This document shows, one piece after another, positions 13,550 through 26,271 of a stretch of 64,000 nt of DNA. How positions within the stretch are numbered: the stretch's first letter is position 1; every line of letters starts with the position of its first letter. A program made the translations under genes and the position numbers. This DNA is from Octopus sinensis (lineage: Eukaryota), in contig NC_043002.1 in the NCBI RefSeq assembly GCF_006345805.1, positions 115,196,001 to 115,260,000 of the forward strand, given 5' to 3'. The notes below the pieces were generated by a model that was not told the origin of the DNA, ran no database searches, and was given only the letters and a program-made list of their open reading frames with translations.

Positions 13550-13890
13550 GTGAAGGCGCATGGCTCAGTGATTAGAGCGTCGAGCTTACGATCGTGAGGT
13601 TGTGAGCTCGAATCCCGGACCGGGCTGCGTATTGTGTTTTTGAGCATGACACTTTATTTCACGTTGCTCCAGTTCACTAGGCTGTAGAATTGAATTGCAA
13701 CGTCACAGGTACCAAGCTGTATCGACCCCTTTGCCTTTCCCTTGGATAACACAGGTGGCGTGGAGAGGGTAGGCCGGTATGCATGGGTGACTGCTGGTCT
13801 TCCATAAACAACCTTGCCCGGACCTGTGCCTGGAAAGGTAACTTTCTAGATGCAATCGCATGGTCAGTGTCGTGACCGAAGGGGGTCTCA
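13550..13890 (+). mobile_element. tRNA-derived SINE (family E)
   Basis: Head ggcgcatggctcagtgattagagcg...gagctcgaatccc, followed by a gcacga-type body (gagcatgacactttatttcacgttgctcc). Confidence 0.7.
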
Positions 13891-14715
13891 GACTTGGGAT
13901 GTACCATAGGGAATCACAGTAGTTAATATTGCTTACAAAATCTGAGATATTAATACAGTCATTAACCAATACGCTAACTACGGTTCATTAATGACGTCTT
14001 TTTTTTTTTTGTCTTTGAAGGAAATCAGGGTTGCCTAGCTAAATTTATGCATTACTGTGGTTTTACGTCCAAAATAAAGTTCTCATCCGGTTTTTCAAAA
14101 ACCAGCAGCAATATTTTGGACATGAAAGTTAAGTTTTCAGAAGGCCACATAGTAACAGAACTAAAGAAATGCAAACACTTCAGAATTGTTGATATACCAA
14201 TAACTCAACTTTTGCAAATCCAAATTCCGCTGGGTATATTTTCTGTAATACTTCCGTGGCCAACAAAATGAGTGCCACTCAGCTACTGATGTCGATTTAA
14301 TTAATGCGCCACCTGACAAAATTTGCGGCGTTGCACTTACGCTAGAAGTCAACATTAATACACAACTTCATGTGATATAAATATCACGTGATCTCATATG
14401 ATTTACACAAAATCGCTTAAGATTTAAAAACCTATCGTGTCTTACAAGTTTATTTACACTCGTTTCATTTGACACAATTAGGTCAAGTGGGATCTGATGG
14501 AGTATATTTTCATCTGGCATTTCACATTAACAGTATCAATAAATCGACTGCTTATCTCCCAAATAAATAACTGAATGAAATCTGCCAATGTTTTAGGACG
14601 TTAATCGTCGATCATATACATTGGTGTACTTACTATTAGTTTTTTTACTGCCGGTATTTAGAAAACGGAAGTCTTCAACGCAAATTCATGTTTATCATTA
14701 AAGTAAATTCTTTAT

Positions 14716-14840
14716 AGGCGCAGGAGTGGCGCTGTGGTAAGTAGCTTGCTCACCTACCACATGGTTCCGGGTTCAGTCCCAACCAAAGCCTTGTGAGTGG
14801 ATTTGGTAGACAGAAACTGAAAGAAGCCCGTCGTATATAT

Positions 14841-14897
<57 letters not shown>

Positions 14898-15115
14898 GTG
14901 TGTGTGTGTATGTTTGTGTGTCTGTGTTTGTCCCCCCAACATCGCTTGACATACGATGCTGGTGTGTTTAGGCCCCCATAACTTAGCGTTTCGGCAAAAC
15001 AGAACGATAGAATAAGTACTAGGCTTACAAAAAATAAGTCCTGGGGTCGATTTGCTCGACTAAAGGCGGTGCTCCAGCATGGCCACAGTCAAATGATTGA
15101 AACAAGTAAAAGAGA
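14716..15115 (+). mobile_element. SINE family A with internal (TA)n/(TG)n
   Basis: aggcgcaggagtggc..ggtaagtagcttgc head, gtggatttggtagac body, gctccagcatggcc..cagtcaaatga tail. Confidence 0.85.
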
Positions 15116-15644
15116 GAAAAAGAGAGTATATTACTGGTAAAGCAACGTATCTACAGAGGAAAAAGATATCGAACTTGTTCATGGCTTCCTCATTAGAAGA
15201 ACGCTGAAGTCAGCTGGTAAAAAAACTAGGTATAGAGATCTTCACACACAGAAATTAATCCTTCCCTTAAGGTGTTCAGCCAAATCGACAAAATAAACTC
15301 AAAGACATTTTTAGAAATAAAGATTTCATTGTGTCATCAATTTCTCAGGAATTTTCAAGCGCACTACTTAGTTTATCACTATTCTTTAAATTTTCTTGTT
15401 GCTATTTGGTGATCCAACAAGTGATAGAATCGGTAGAGTGTCAAAGTGCCTTCGTGGATCGAAGTGCTAAAAATCAACGAAAATCTACTTCGCCTACATT
15501 CTTTCTAGTGATTTGTAACTCTGTTAATTAGAACGCAAACTCGTATTTGGTAATCTCTAAGTGAGGTCGTTTAACCAAAGAATGGTTTTGGAAGCTCAAG
15601 AAGAAATATATCTGCTTTTATATGAAATTACATGTGTGCACTCA

Positions 15645-15657
15645 AGTGCGTGCGTGC

Positions 15658-15743
<86 letters not shown>
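15645..15743. repeat. (TG)n microsatellite
   Basis: Direct reading. Confidence 0.95.
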
Positions 15744-15747
<4 letters not shown>

Positions 15748-16371
15748 CTTTCTCTTTCATTAGTTTCCTCTCCATTGCTATTGTTTAGTAAAACTGCTAC
15801 AAAAAGATTCACAGCGTTGACTCCTAGAATTCTAAATGAATCTGAGCAGAAAATGTGCTTTATGGTTTCTTCTAACGCTAAACTGTTATAGCATTTCTGT
15901 TAGATTTACCTACTGAAGAGAAAATCAGACCAGGCTTTGAAAGAAAACGATGCGTTATGAAGAAAAAATGTTACTTCCGGTTAAAAAAAATTGTTCACTA
16001 TTTTGCACTTATATATTTTAAAGCCAAAACGGAAGTAGATCAATATTTTACTGTATTTTAGGGAGCGAGTAAAATAATTTCTGAATCAGTTATATTTGTA
16101 TTATATTAGAAGAAATATTTAATTTCAAAATAGATGTGTTTGTAACTCACATCAAGTTTAGTCATATATACGAAACTAGGCTTCTTTATCGAGTATCAAA
16201 ATATAGCAGAAATACAGTCTTTCTGAGTTTATAATACATTCTGAGGAAAATGCCGTATTGTTTTATCTATTATCGGAATATTTCATTTGCTACTAAAAGT
16301 ATAAGGGCCTATGTCAATTGAACGTAAAATTTTATTTATTCAGTGTCAAACAAACGATGCGATAAAGTAGC

Positions 16372-16612
16372 TAACCTATTACTTTACTACCCACAAGGGG
16401 CTAAACACAGAAGGGACAAACAAGGACAAACAAAGGGATTAAGTCGATTACATCGACCCCAATGCGTAACTGGTACTTAATTTATCTATCCCGAAAGGAT
16501 GAAAGGCAAAGTTGACCTTGGCGGAATTTGAACTCAGAACGTAACGACAGACGAGATACCGCTAAGTATTTCGCCCGGCGTGCTAACATTTCTGCCAGCT
16601 CGCCGCCTTTTA
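16372..16612 (-). mobile_element. SINE family C
   Basis: Reverse complement of ggcggcgagctggcagaa..gttagcacgccgggcgaa head and core. Confidence 0.85.
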
Positions 16613-18722
16613 AAATAGCTAACCTGTCTGCTGTGAAATCGCTTTAGTGTTTTAAATGCATTGCTAAAGTCACTCGCTCAATATTTGAATGGCTGCACCG
16701 AGAAGAAATACAATCATGAAACACATCGGAAACGGATATTTGTCTTCAATCAGTCCGATGTCTTTTTTTATAAATGCATTTGTAGATCGGTTTAGGGAAG
16801 TTTGGTAACTTCGAAATGGTTTTTTTTCTTCTTTTTCTCAGTGTTAGTTATATCAAATTCTTTTAATATAGAATTGCGATAGGATGTGGTCAGTTTCATT
16901 CCATTTTGCTATCATTCAAGTGAAATAGTTTGCAACTATGTGTCATTAGTATTATCTTTTCCTTTATGCCATTTCGAGTTCGTCAAGTTTTTGAAATTCT
17001 TGGTTGAAACCTATTTATTATTTTACTTTTGCCACAAAGTTCCATTAACCTCTCTTGAAATATGGCTTATCAAATAAAAAGAAAATCATCATAATAGTTA
17101 TAGAGCAGTAGATTTTGAAGAATATATAGACGTCTGATCTTACTATATTTAGTTTCTTACTGCATTCCGACTTCATATACTTGATTAATACGTTCAAACA
17201 AACCTATATTATGATGCAGGAAACAGGCTTGCCAAGACAGTTTTTATCTATTCAGATTGCTTCGGTACAATTCAATTTGAATTTCAAAGTACGTTGGAAG
17301 CGACTTTCAGGCTTTCATTTCTTTCTGGTCGATTTTGTTGATTAAATTGATGTAATCGACTTTATAAATAGTGGATGTGACCTTTTAAAAAATAATTTGA
17401 TATTACAATTTAACATACGCCCAAGTTTCCTGAGTGAGCAGTTTATGAAGATAAAATAAACGAAACAATTTCAACAATTTTATGAAGAAAACCTGCAAAT
17501 TCCGAATTCTCAAGTTCCCTTAATATTAATGTGATTATTTTTCATTCTGCCCTATTTTCACATAACACTGTTGTTCCATTGCTTCCAAATAATGTAATTT
17601 TTTTATTTAATTGAGAGCTAAAATGCTAAATGTAGTGAGCAAAACAAATGCTTAATCAATTAAGATAAAATTGGACTAGTAATGAAATGAAAAATATCAT
17701 TAGCGTTAATGATATTTTTTGTTGAGAAAGGCAAAGACGACAACTGCAACATTAAATTGATATTTAAAATAAATGAATGGAGAGATGCAGTGTGTATGAC
17801 TTTCACTTTTATTAATAGAACAACTTCGGATATGTTCCGGTTTTATGATATCTCCTCAGTGAACCGTAATCTTACATTTACCCTCAGATTTGAGCTAAAA
17901 AATATTCAGTTATGTGGCAATTTAAAATAATGACATGGAAAAATAGTTTAAACTGCGGCGTGCCAGATGCTAACTGGCTATTTGTTCTACAGTGCTACCA
18001 TACAACATATTTTTTAAAATCCGTTCTAATAAAAGTAATATTGAAGCATATAAACTACAATTTATTAAAAAAAGTCCATTCATTCAGATGACAGCTGGTA
18101 GGTTCATACCAGTTTGATATTGCCTAGATTTATAAAGGCAAATAAGAACACAGCTCTGCTTTTGCTTTAAAATAGTGTATTCCACAGTGAAACAGTTTCC
18201 AATGAACGGCCATGCATCACATGATGATCTATAGAAACTGTTGAAAAGTGTCTCACACATCTAAATTATCAATGACAATCATATCAGAGTATATCTAAGA
18301 CGCATCTATTAATAATGGCACGATTTTTCCAAAAAGATAAGAAAATAACATCACAAAATATTTTGGAGACGGTCTGCTTTGTCTTCACTCTGTACAACCC
18401 ATATATTATCGAAAAAGTTTTGAAAGAAAAAATAACTGGTAAGTATGTATTTTATATTTTCAATCAATCACACACATTTATAATTTAGTATTTTTAGTTC
18501 AATGTTTATATTTTTATATTTAAAACAACCTTACAGTATATGAATAGCAAAATTGAAAATTTAAGACGCTGTCATTGGAATGCAGCTCACTTTATAAATC
18601 AAAACGCGGTATACACACACACACACATACACACACACATACACACACACATACACACACATACACACATACGTACGTGTGTGTGTGTATAATATATACA
18701 GATATACATACGCATATGTTAC

Positions 18723-18795
<73 letters not shown>

Positions 18796-19059
18796 TCATA
18801 TATAATTTTATGATGTGCGGTAAAAGTGCGGCAAATGTATTAAAAATCAATATAGCACATCGCGCAACTCTCCGAAAGTTCACATGTCTAATGTATATCT
18901 ATTTAATATGCTGTATACATTGCAGAATATATTATAATGAGCGAACAGAGCAAAGCACATTTGAAGGAACAACAGAAAACAATATCATTGGTATTTCAAA
19001 ATGTTCATTTCTACAATTGTTCCAATAACTCTAATGTAACTCTACAGTATATCGTGGCA

Positions 19060-19367
19060 TTCCGTCGGGTATGACGACGAGGGTTCCAGTTGATCCGATC
19101 AAAGGAACAGACACGTGTACCCTTAACGTAGTTCTCGGGGAGATTCAGTGTGACACAGTGTGACAAGGCTGGCACTTTGAAATACAGGTACAACAGAAAC
19201 AGGAAGAAAGAGTGAGAGAAGGTTGTGGTGAATGAGTACAGCAGGGTTCACAACCACCCCTGCCGAAGCCTCGTGGAGCTTTAGGTGTTTTCGCTCAATA
19301 AACACTCACAACGCCCGAGAATCGAAACAGCGAGTCCTCTGCCCTAACCTCCCGGCCATTGCGCCTC
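19060..19367 (-). mobile_element. SINE family B (with internal deletions)
   Basis: Collinear with the 1835-2213 copy. Confidence 0.8.
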
Positions 19368-19689
19368 AGCAATGTAACACTACATTTATATACTACGTAA
19401 TAACCACATCATAGGGATTATTTGAATGTAAATTACAAAATTGAAATTCACATTTATATAGTACAAGGGGAAACAAACGAAAAACAGGTAAGGCAATAAG
19501 TGAAAAAAGGAATATAGAGACAAAGGGAGAAATTCTTTTTTTTTCAAAAATAAAGCTCAAGAATATAAATTCTATAGTTGGTTGCTGATATGTTAAGTTG
19601 TGTATATATTATAATATATATGGTCACTCAACCCTTTTATCAACCCTATTATCTCCCTTATTTCGCTCTCGCGTCCATGTTTATCTTTG

Positions 19690-19912
19690 ACCTCTGGCCG
19701 AAATCAGATCGCCATGTTGATTCGTAGCTACTGCACGCATTTTTTTTCTCTCCTTCTTTCTGTGTTTTTCTCTCTCTGTGTATCTTTCTGTTGAAGAGCG
19801 TAGGCTCGAACGTTAAAGACTGTTTTATTTATATTCCTGAGCGCCATACTATACATTGTTCGTTTGTCTTCACCTGCCTTCGTCTTTTGTTTATTTTCAT
19901 AAGCTTCCCGTT
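19690..19912 (+). mobile_element. Penelope-like pLTR fragment with degenerate minimal hammerhead-like motif (19784-19818)
   Basis: cttt CTGTTGA A GAGC gtag GCTC GAA CG TT aaag. The same family occurs at 50840-51010 (minus) and, 3' part only, at 31480-31575. Ends at (TA)n. Confidence 0.5.
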
Positions 19913-19924
19913 ATATATATATAT

Positions 19925-20560
19925 ATATATATAAAACTGAGAATGTGTGTCTGTCTGTCTGTGTGTTTCCCTAAAACTTGAGAACGAGGCAATCAATTTC
20001 ATTCAAATTTTATACATGCCTTACTTTTGGCCTCGGGTGAGCCCACAGCCATATCATATCTTCTCCACTATGATTCCCTAAAACTTGAGAACTACACAAC
20101 CAATTTCATTCAAATTTTACACATGCCTTACTAAGGGTCTATGTAGTTTCATGGGCAAAAAAAATGTTCAACTTCTTGCCTAGAGCGAGCCCATAGCAAT
20201 ATCATATCTTCTCCACTATTTCAGTATTACGTGTTAAAAGTGAAACAAAAACATTTCTCTATTTTATGTCAGATATTTTCACTTTAACAATAAAAATTAG
20301 AGATAATAATAACAATTGAATTATATGTAGTAAGTAATAATTAAAATCAAACTAAATTAAATCGTAACATAACAATAAAAGTAAAAATAGCAATTGGTAT
20401 AAAATTGCATCAATGACTTGAACTTCAATAAGTGGTTTCACATGAATGGGAATAAATTAAAAATAAAATTAGTGTACAGAAATGGAATAGTCCAGATGGA
20501 GCTGCGCACATTCATTTTACCACAGCTTTTACATGAGATTATCTGCTAATTAGCTAGCAT
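19925..20560 (+). mobile_element. Non-autonomous Helitron-like element, 5' part
   Basis: tatataaaa..(ctgt)n start and an internal ~60-bp duplication (ccctaaaacttgagaac..ttcattcaaatttta.acatgccttact). Confidence 0.45.
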
Positions 20561-20911
20561 TAAGTATCTATATGAAGTTTGGATGTATGTAATGTCTGTT
20601 TTCTCGAACAGCCGCCTCTACTGAGTACTGCTGTTGGTTTATTTCTTATACATAAAGGACTATAGCTTCAACTGCGTACTGCTTTTTGATTCACCGTAAG
20701 GTTTGTTGTTATTATTATTACTGTTTAACTATTATCACGTTTGTTGGTTCCTCGTAAGGGAAACGTTATTATGTTGCATTTGTTAAATAATTGTAAACCG
20801 TAACCATCCCCCTTTGGGAGAAGGAGCTTTGGATGTTTAAAAATTGAATTGTGTCCCTGTCTGGGGAAATTGACAATATTTTCAACGTTTATACGAAGCA
20901 CTTTTTTTAAA

Positions 20912-21455
20912 ATGCCTTCGATAGAAGAAAGTCCAAAAATGAATTTCGCTGCAGCCGTCGGCGAGCGCGAACACATTAAAATTAAAATGGAAGAAATGCA
21001 AACCTATTTCGGATTCACCTACAAAGACAGTGAATCTAGGATAACACCACCAAACAAAATGAAAAATTAAATTAAAGAAAAGACTATTGTCTATAAAGTA
21101 TACAATGTAGAGAAGAAAAAAAGATTTGAACACCTGGAGGAAAGCACCATCGAAAAGTATCTTGGTGCGACTATGAAAGATATCAAGTATCTAACCAGAG
21201 GCGGTAAATTCGCCACAACAGAAGCAAGGTTCGAGTCAACGGAGCGTGCAAAGGAGTACTCGACTCGAACCTTGCAAAGTGGAAATATTTTATTTTTACC
21301 TTTATATCTGGGACGTAGGACGTCCCGGATAAAAATTTAAAATGCCCCCTTTTCCCCAGAAGTAGAGGTAGGCTGGATTGTAGTCACACTTCTATACAAG
21401 AGGGAGGACAAGATACAATTGATCGACATTGCCAGAGACAGGCCTACAATTCCAT
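20912..21455 (+). pseudogene. LINE ORF1-like fragment (probably L1/Tx1-type, RRM-like)
   Basis: One frame with only isolated stops: MPSIEESPKMNFAAAVGE...KYLTRGGKFATTEARFESTERAKEYSTRTLQSGNILFLPLYLGRRTSRIKI. The family assignment is recollection, not a search. Confidence 0.45.
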
Positions 21456-21602
21456 TCTTTTATATATTTTGAGTATTGTTATCACTAGCGATATCAAGAT
21501 ATAACTTTGTATTTTGTATTTTATGTGTAGATGTATATATATATATAGATGTACATGTAATATGTACACATATATATACACATATATACATGCACTAGCA
21601 CT

Positions 21603-21632
21603 ATGACCCGGCAACGACGGGTCATAATGCTA

Positions 21633-21633
<1 letters not shown>
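21603..21633 (+). mobile_element. Helitron 3' terminus
   Basis: 8-bp hairpin atgacccg-gcaacga-cgggtcat followed by CTAG|T. Confidence 0.7.
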
Positions 21634-21711
<78 letters not shown>

Positions 21712-22247
21712 CGAGCAAAACGCCACCCGTCCAATGGACGGTGCTGAGTTGTCAAACATTAAACCAAATTTTCTCAAAACAACTTGTCCGACCGTCCCAT
21801 AGGCCTCCCCTTTGAGAAACACTGATTTAACCTAAATTTGAGACACCAGCAAAAGAAGAAATAAGGATAGACTTTTTTTCCATTCCAAAGAAAAACGATT
21901 TTATTCACACAAATATGCAACCGTTTAACGTACCAGTAATAATAAACCTGTTGACTGGGAGAACACAAACATGGTTTAAACAGTAAGCTTGGCCTTTAAG
22001 CAGTACAAAAACAACAAAAAATGGAAGGTGCAGTTATGTACTGGTTGACGGAAGAAAAGCAAGACAAAAACGGCTTTATCGATAATATCTGAAATAGAGT
22101 TTTGTAATTTTTTCAAGGCGTATACACGCCCTGATACCGTCGGTATCTACATAATAAATTTGAGCGCAATCGGATGGAGGATGCCCGAGATCCGAGAAGA
22201 CACACACACAGACAGACAGACAGAACGGATTTTATATAAGAGATAGA
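21712..22247 (-). mobile_element. Non-autonomous Helitron-like element
   Basis: Minus-strand 5' TC..tatataaaa..(ctgt)n start. 3' hairpin ccgtcc-att-ggacgg followed by CTCG|T. Confidence 0.55.
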
Positions 22248-22810
22248 TATATAGATATATAGATGTAGATATATAGATACATACATACATAATACATGCA
22301 TGCATGCATGCATGCATACATACATACATACATACACACATACATACATACATACATACATACATACATACATACATACATACATACATACATTCATACA
22401 TAGCCAGATTGGAGCAATCTCAAGAATAATCAGTCGAAATTGCGAGGATAATCTGTTTCTTGACTGAAGATAGAAAACTTCGAATGACCCGTCCTTGTTT
22501 TCTTCGTATCGTCTATCTAGATGTTTTGTTGTCCCTGTTTGTATCACCTAACTGTCCGGATGTTTTGCGTTCTTGTTTCATTTTGTATCTTTCATAAACA
22601 TGTTTATATATTATTCTATATTCTATATTTTATATTTTATACACTATCTATTGTGAATAGCAGAATACATCTAATCTAATATTAATAATAATAATATTAT
22701 TAATAACTGAATATTATATATGCTTATGGATGTAGGTGTGTATGTATAGTATATTTCAGTATATATAATTAATTATGCATATTTATATGTAGGTATATTT
22801 ATATGTATGT

Positions 22811-23559
22811 ATTCTCCCTCCAAAATTCTGCCATGCGCGCCGTCTGGGTATGCGGCGAAGCAGCCTGTTGCTTGCCCTTTTAATTATTTATACTATATAC
22901 TGAACTTTACAAAAGTTCCTGACGCTGAAATTGTCATATTTACATACCGAAATTTACCGGTAAATAATTGTTGGTTATATGAAAAATCACTGAAAAATTA
23001 TTTACCATTTTTATTGTATTACCATGTGGATTTCTTATTCCATTGCGATCACCCAGACGGCGCGCATGGCAGAATTTTGGAGGGAGAATTTACGTTCCCA
23101 GTCATTACTTAGTTTTAACATCTGCACACTTCCCCCCACTATCTGATGTCGCTTGGTCAGAGGTGAGGGCTTGTGGCATTTGGTAAATCTATCGAATATA
23201 GTGTTGACGAAGGAAATTAAGCTATTTTCGAGCTTGTGATCTAGAAACATTTTCACTATTAACGGTAAGAGATTGTTTTCGTTTATTTGCTACTCCGATT
23301 TTGCGTATGTGAATCGCGGGGTCCATCGTATATGGAATCTCCACTTATAGAAAATGGAAAAAACAGTCTTTGACTGCCATTTCTAATTCCTTCGGTATGC
23401 GGCGAAGCAGCCTGTTGCTTGCCCTTTTAATTATTTATACTATATACTGAACTTTACAAAAGTTCCTGACGATGAATTTGTCATATTTACATACCGAAAT
23501 TTACCGGTAAATAATTGTTGGTTATATGAAAAACCACTGAAAAATTATTTACCATTTTT

Positions 23560-23566
<7 letters not shown>
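22811..23566 (+). repeat. Penelope-like arrangement: 38-bp inverted repeat plus 173-bp direct repeat
   Basis: 22811-22848 is the reverse complement of 23052-23089. 22847-23019 is repeated at 23394-23566. Confidence 0.75.
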
Positions 23567-23599
<33 letters not shown>

Positions 23600-23664
23600 A
23601 ATGTGTGTGTATTTTGTTTATTTTATATTTATATTTATTATTATAACTTAACTTTTGTACTTTA

Positions 23665-23780
23665 TAATCTCTGACGAAGCCTAGTACCTCATTTTCATCT
23701 GCCTATTACCTCAATCTACTTGAGTAATATAGGTAGAATGAGGTACTTTTATCTATAAGGCTGAAACAGCTGTAAGTTAT
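23665..23780 (+). ncRNA. Type I hammerhead ribozyme with long stem II insertion
   Basis: CTGACGA (23671-77), AGCCT..AGGCT stem II base, GAAA (23763-66), palindromic ACAGCTGT stem III, GUA cleavage triplet (after 23774), stem I ataa(t)ct/agttat. Confidence 0.65.
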
Positions 23781-24682
23781 TTTACCAACTTATATTCATG
23801 TTTTTTTTAAATAATTTCTGGTATCCTGCAAAGAATAATATGTTATATGTAGGAATGTTATTATAATTATCAGTTTGATAAATAAATAATTTAACATTTT
23901 TAATGTCCAAAAGTTGATGAACCACCAATTGTTCTCCTCCATTTTCTTATTTGTAACATATATAAATGAAACCAATGTAATAGATATATAAACAGGGCAA
24001 ATTCAACTATTTCTCCGGAGACTGAAAAAAGTTATGAACCTTATTCGGTTCTCATCAGTTTCGCCAATCCCGGAGAAACAGTCTCTTTATTTGCTCAACA
24101 AATTTTGTTGCTGCTGAGAACTGGGATTACTAATTTGCATACCGTATGTATCGAACATATTATTTAACATCAGGGGCCTGTGAACGGGCGTCTCATTCCC
24201 CACACTAGAAAGGTGTGATATAGTAGTATATTACTATACCACATTTGTGTTGTAGATACATAAACTGGACAAATTCAAGCTGCCTATATTACATTTCAGT
24301 ATATTTTTCGGCTAAAGTGATTGATGCTAGTTGACTATTAACCATCATAGAAGCTATATTTAGTACAGCAGCAAAACAAGAGACAAGATTGTGGGATATT
24401 CAATGAACTATTCTATACTCACACATGTAGACGTTTCTACGAACGTATATCAGCACGACTTTATACGTTTATGTCTACGCCCATCGTCTCACAATATTTA
24501 TATACACTCACAGATAACATAGACTGTCACACACACACACACACACACATACATATAGACAGACAGCCAGATAGAACTGCATGTGTGTTTTTACGCTCAT
24601 ACTCCAAATTGCATAATCACATCGATAGATAGGTATAATGTGTACACACACACACATATATGTGTGTATGTATCTCGCTCCC

Positions 24683-24725
<43 letters not shown>

Positions 24726-24789
24726 CCTCGTGTGTACCTTTGGCGATTTTTTTCCTGTCTTCCCTTCTCTGGATCTTTCCTTCTCCTAT

Positions 24790-24824
24790 GTTTCCGACGA
24801 AGAGCTCCGCTCGAAACGTTAAAC
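24790..24824 (+). ncRNA. Minimal hammerhead-like variant in a pLTR fragment
   Basis: gttt CCGACGA A GAGC tcc GCTC GAAA CG TT aaac. Stems I and II are perfect; the core has U4>C and an extra A. Confidence 0.45.
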
Positions 24825-24964
24825 CCTCCTTCTTTCCTTCTTTCCTGAGCGTCCAATAATACTATATTGTTCCACGTCCTCGCGTTGTGTGTGTTTTTTA
24901 TGCTTTCTTGTTTGGATTAACTTTATATATATATTATATAATATATATATAATTAAATATATAT

Positions 24965-25014
<50 letters not shown>

Positions 25015-25244
25015 TATAATAGAAATATTAAAATACTAAGTCTCTCTAAAAGAGAACAACGGCAGCGTTCCCGGAAAATATTAGTTATCGCCATACTATA
25101 TGGCATTCTATAAAAATAAGAAAAAAGCTGACCGCTTATTAGCTCCATGAGGCCATCGCCTTAAGTTAGCTATTTGATACACAAACTGTATCCATATAAC
25201 CTTTGAACAAGGGAGGTCAGTCGCTCCACACTACTTGGCCGGCA

Positions 25245-25286
25245 GCTACAGACGCGTTTCGGGGTATTGCCCCTTTTCAATGCAGC
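25245..25286 (-). ncRNA. Type I hammerhead ribozyme, U3-A8 variant (copy 1)
   Basis: Reverse complement reads GCTGCA TTGAAAA GGGG CAATA CCCC GAAA CGCG TC TGTAGC. Confidence 0.85.
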
Positions 25287-25604
25287 GTAGCCAAACCAGT
25301 AGGTGTCGCTTCCGACAATCTCTGTTCAAAGGTTTTATTTACCTAGCTTCGGTGGAATACATCCCTTGTTTTCATAATAGAAATATTAAAATTACTAAGT
25401 CTCTCTAAAAGAGAACAACGGCAGCGTTCCGGAAAATATTAGTTATCGCCATACTAATATGGCATTCTTATAAAAATAAGAAAAAAGCTGACCGCTTATT
25501 AGCTCCATGAGGCCATCGCCTTAAGTTAGCTATTTGATACACAAACTGTATCCATATAACCTTTGAACAAGGGAGGTCAGCCGCTCCACACTACTTGGCC
25601 GGCA

Positions 25605-25646
25605 GCTACAGACGCGTTTCGGGGTATTGCCCCTTTTCAATGCAGC
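25605..25646 (-). ncRNA. Type I hammerhead ribozyme, U3-A8 variant (copy 2)
   Basis: Identical motif to copy 1. Confidence 0.85.
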
Positions 25647-25962
25647 GTAGCCAAAACAGTAGGTGTCGCTTCCGACAATCTCTGTTCAAAGGTTTTATTT
25701 ACCTAGCTTCGGTGGAATACATCCACTTGTTTTCAATAATAGAAATATTAAAATACTAGTCTCTCTAAAAGAGAACAACGGCAGCGTTCCCGGAAAATAT
25801 TAGTTATCGCCATACTATATGGCATTCTATAAAAATAAGAAAAAAGCTGACCGCTTATTAGCTCCATGAGGCCATCGCCTTAAGTTAGCTATTTGATACA
25901 CAAACTGTATCCATATAACCTTTGAACAAGGAGGTCAGCCGCTCCACACTACTTGGCCGGCA

Positions 25963-26004
25963 GCTACAGACGCGTTTCGGGGTATTGCCCCTTTTCAATG
26001 CAGC
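25963..26004 (-). ncRNA. Type I hammerhead ribozyme, U3-A8 variant (copy 3)
   Basis: Identical motif to copy 1. Confidence 0.85.
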
Positions 26005-26229
26005 GTAGCCAAACCAGTAGGTGTCGCTTCCGACAATCTCTGTTCAAAGGTTTTATTTACCTAGCTTCGGTGGAATACATCCACTTGTTTTCAATAATAG
26101 AAATATTAAAATTACTAAGTCTCTCTAAAAGAGAACAACGGCAGCGTTCCCAGAAAATATTAGTTATCGCCATACTAATATGGCATTCTTATAAAAATAA
26201 GAAAAAAGCTGACCTACTGGTTTGGCTAC

Positions 26230-26271
26230 GCTGCATTGAAAAGGGGCAATACCCCGAAACGCGTCTGTAGC
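26230..26271 (+). ncRNA. Type I hammerhead ribozyme, U3-A8 variant (copy 4)
   Basis: GCTGCA TTGAAAA GGGG CAATA CCCC GAAA CGCG TC|TGTAGC; predicted cleavage after 26265. Confidence 0.85.

Noticed and set aside
14026-14400. cagggttgcc possible hAT terminus
   Set aside because: Ten bases only; no matching end or transposase motif found.
22460-22495. gaCTGAAGAtagaaaacttCGAAtgacccgtc
   Set aside because: Too degenerate (GAAA broken, weak stem II); at best a decayed pLTR motif.
23466-23513. CTGACGA...cGAAA-palindrome-TA in the 173-bp direct repeat
   Set aside because: Stem II pairs poorly, stem I has no partner, and the other copy reads CTGACGC.
24019-24066. Minus-strand CTGATGA-GAACC-gaataa-GGTTC hairpin resembling a hammerhead
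   Set aside because: Stem II is followed by ATAA instead of GAAA and there is no convincing stem III.
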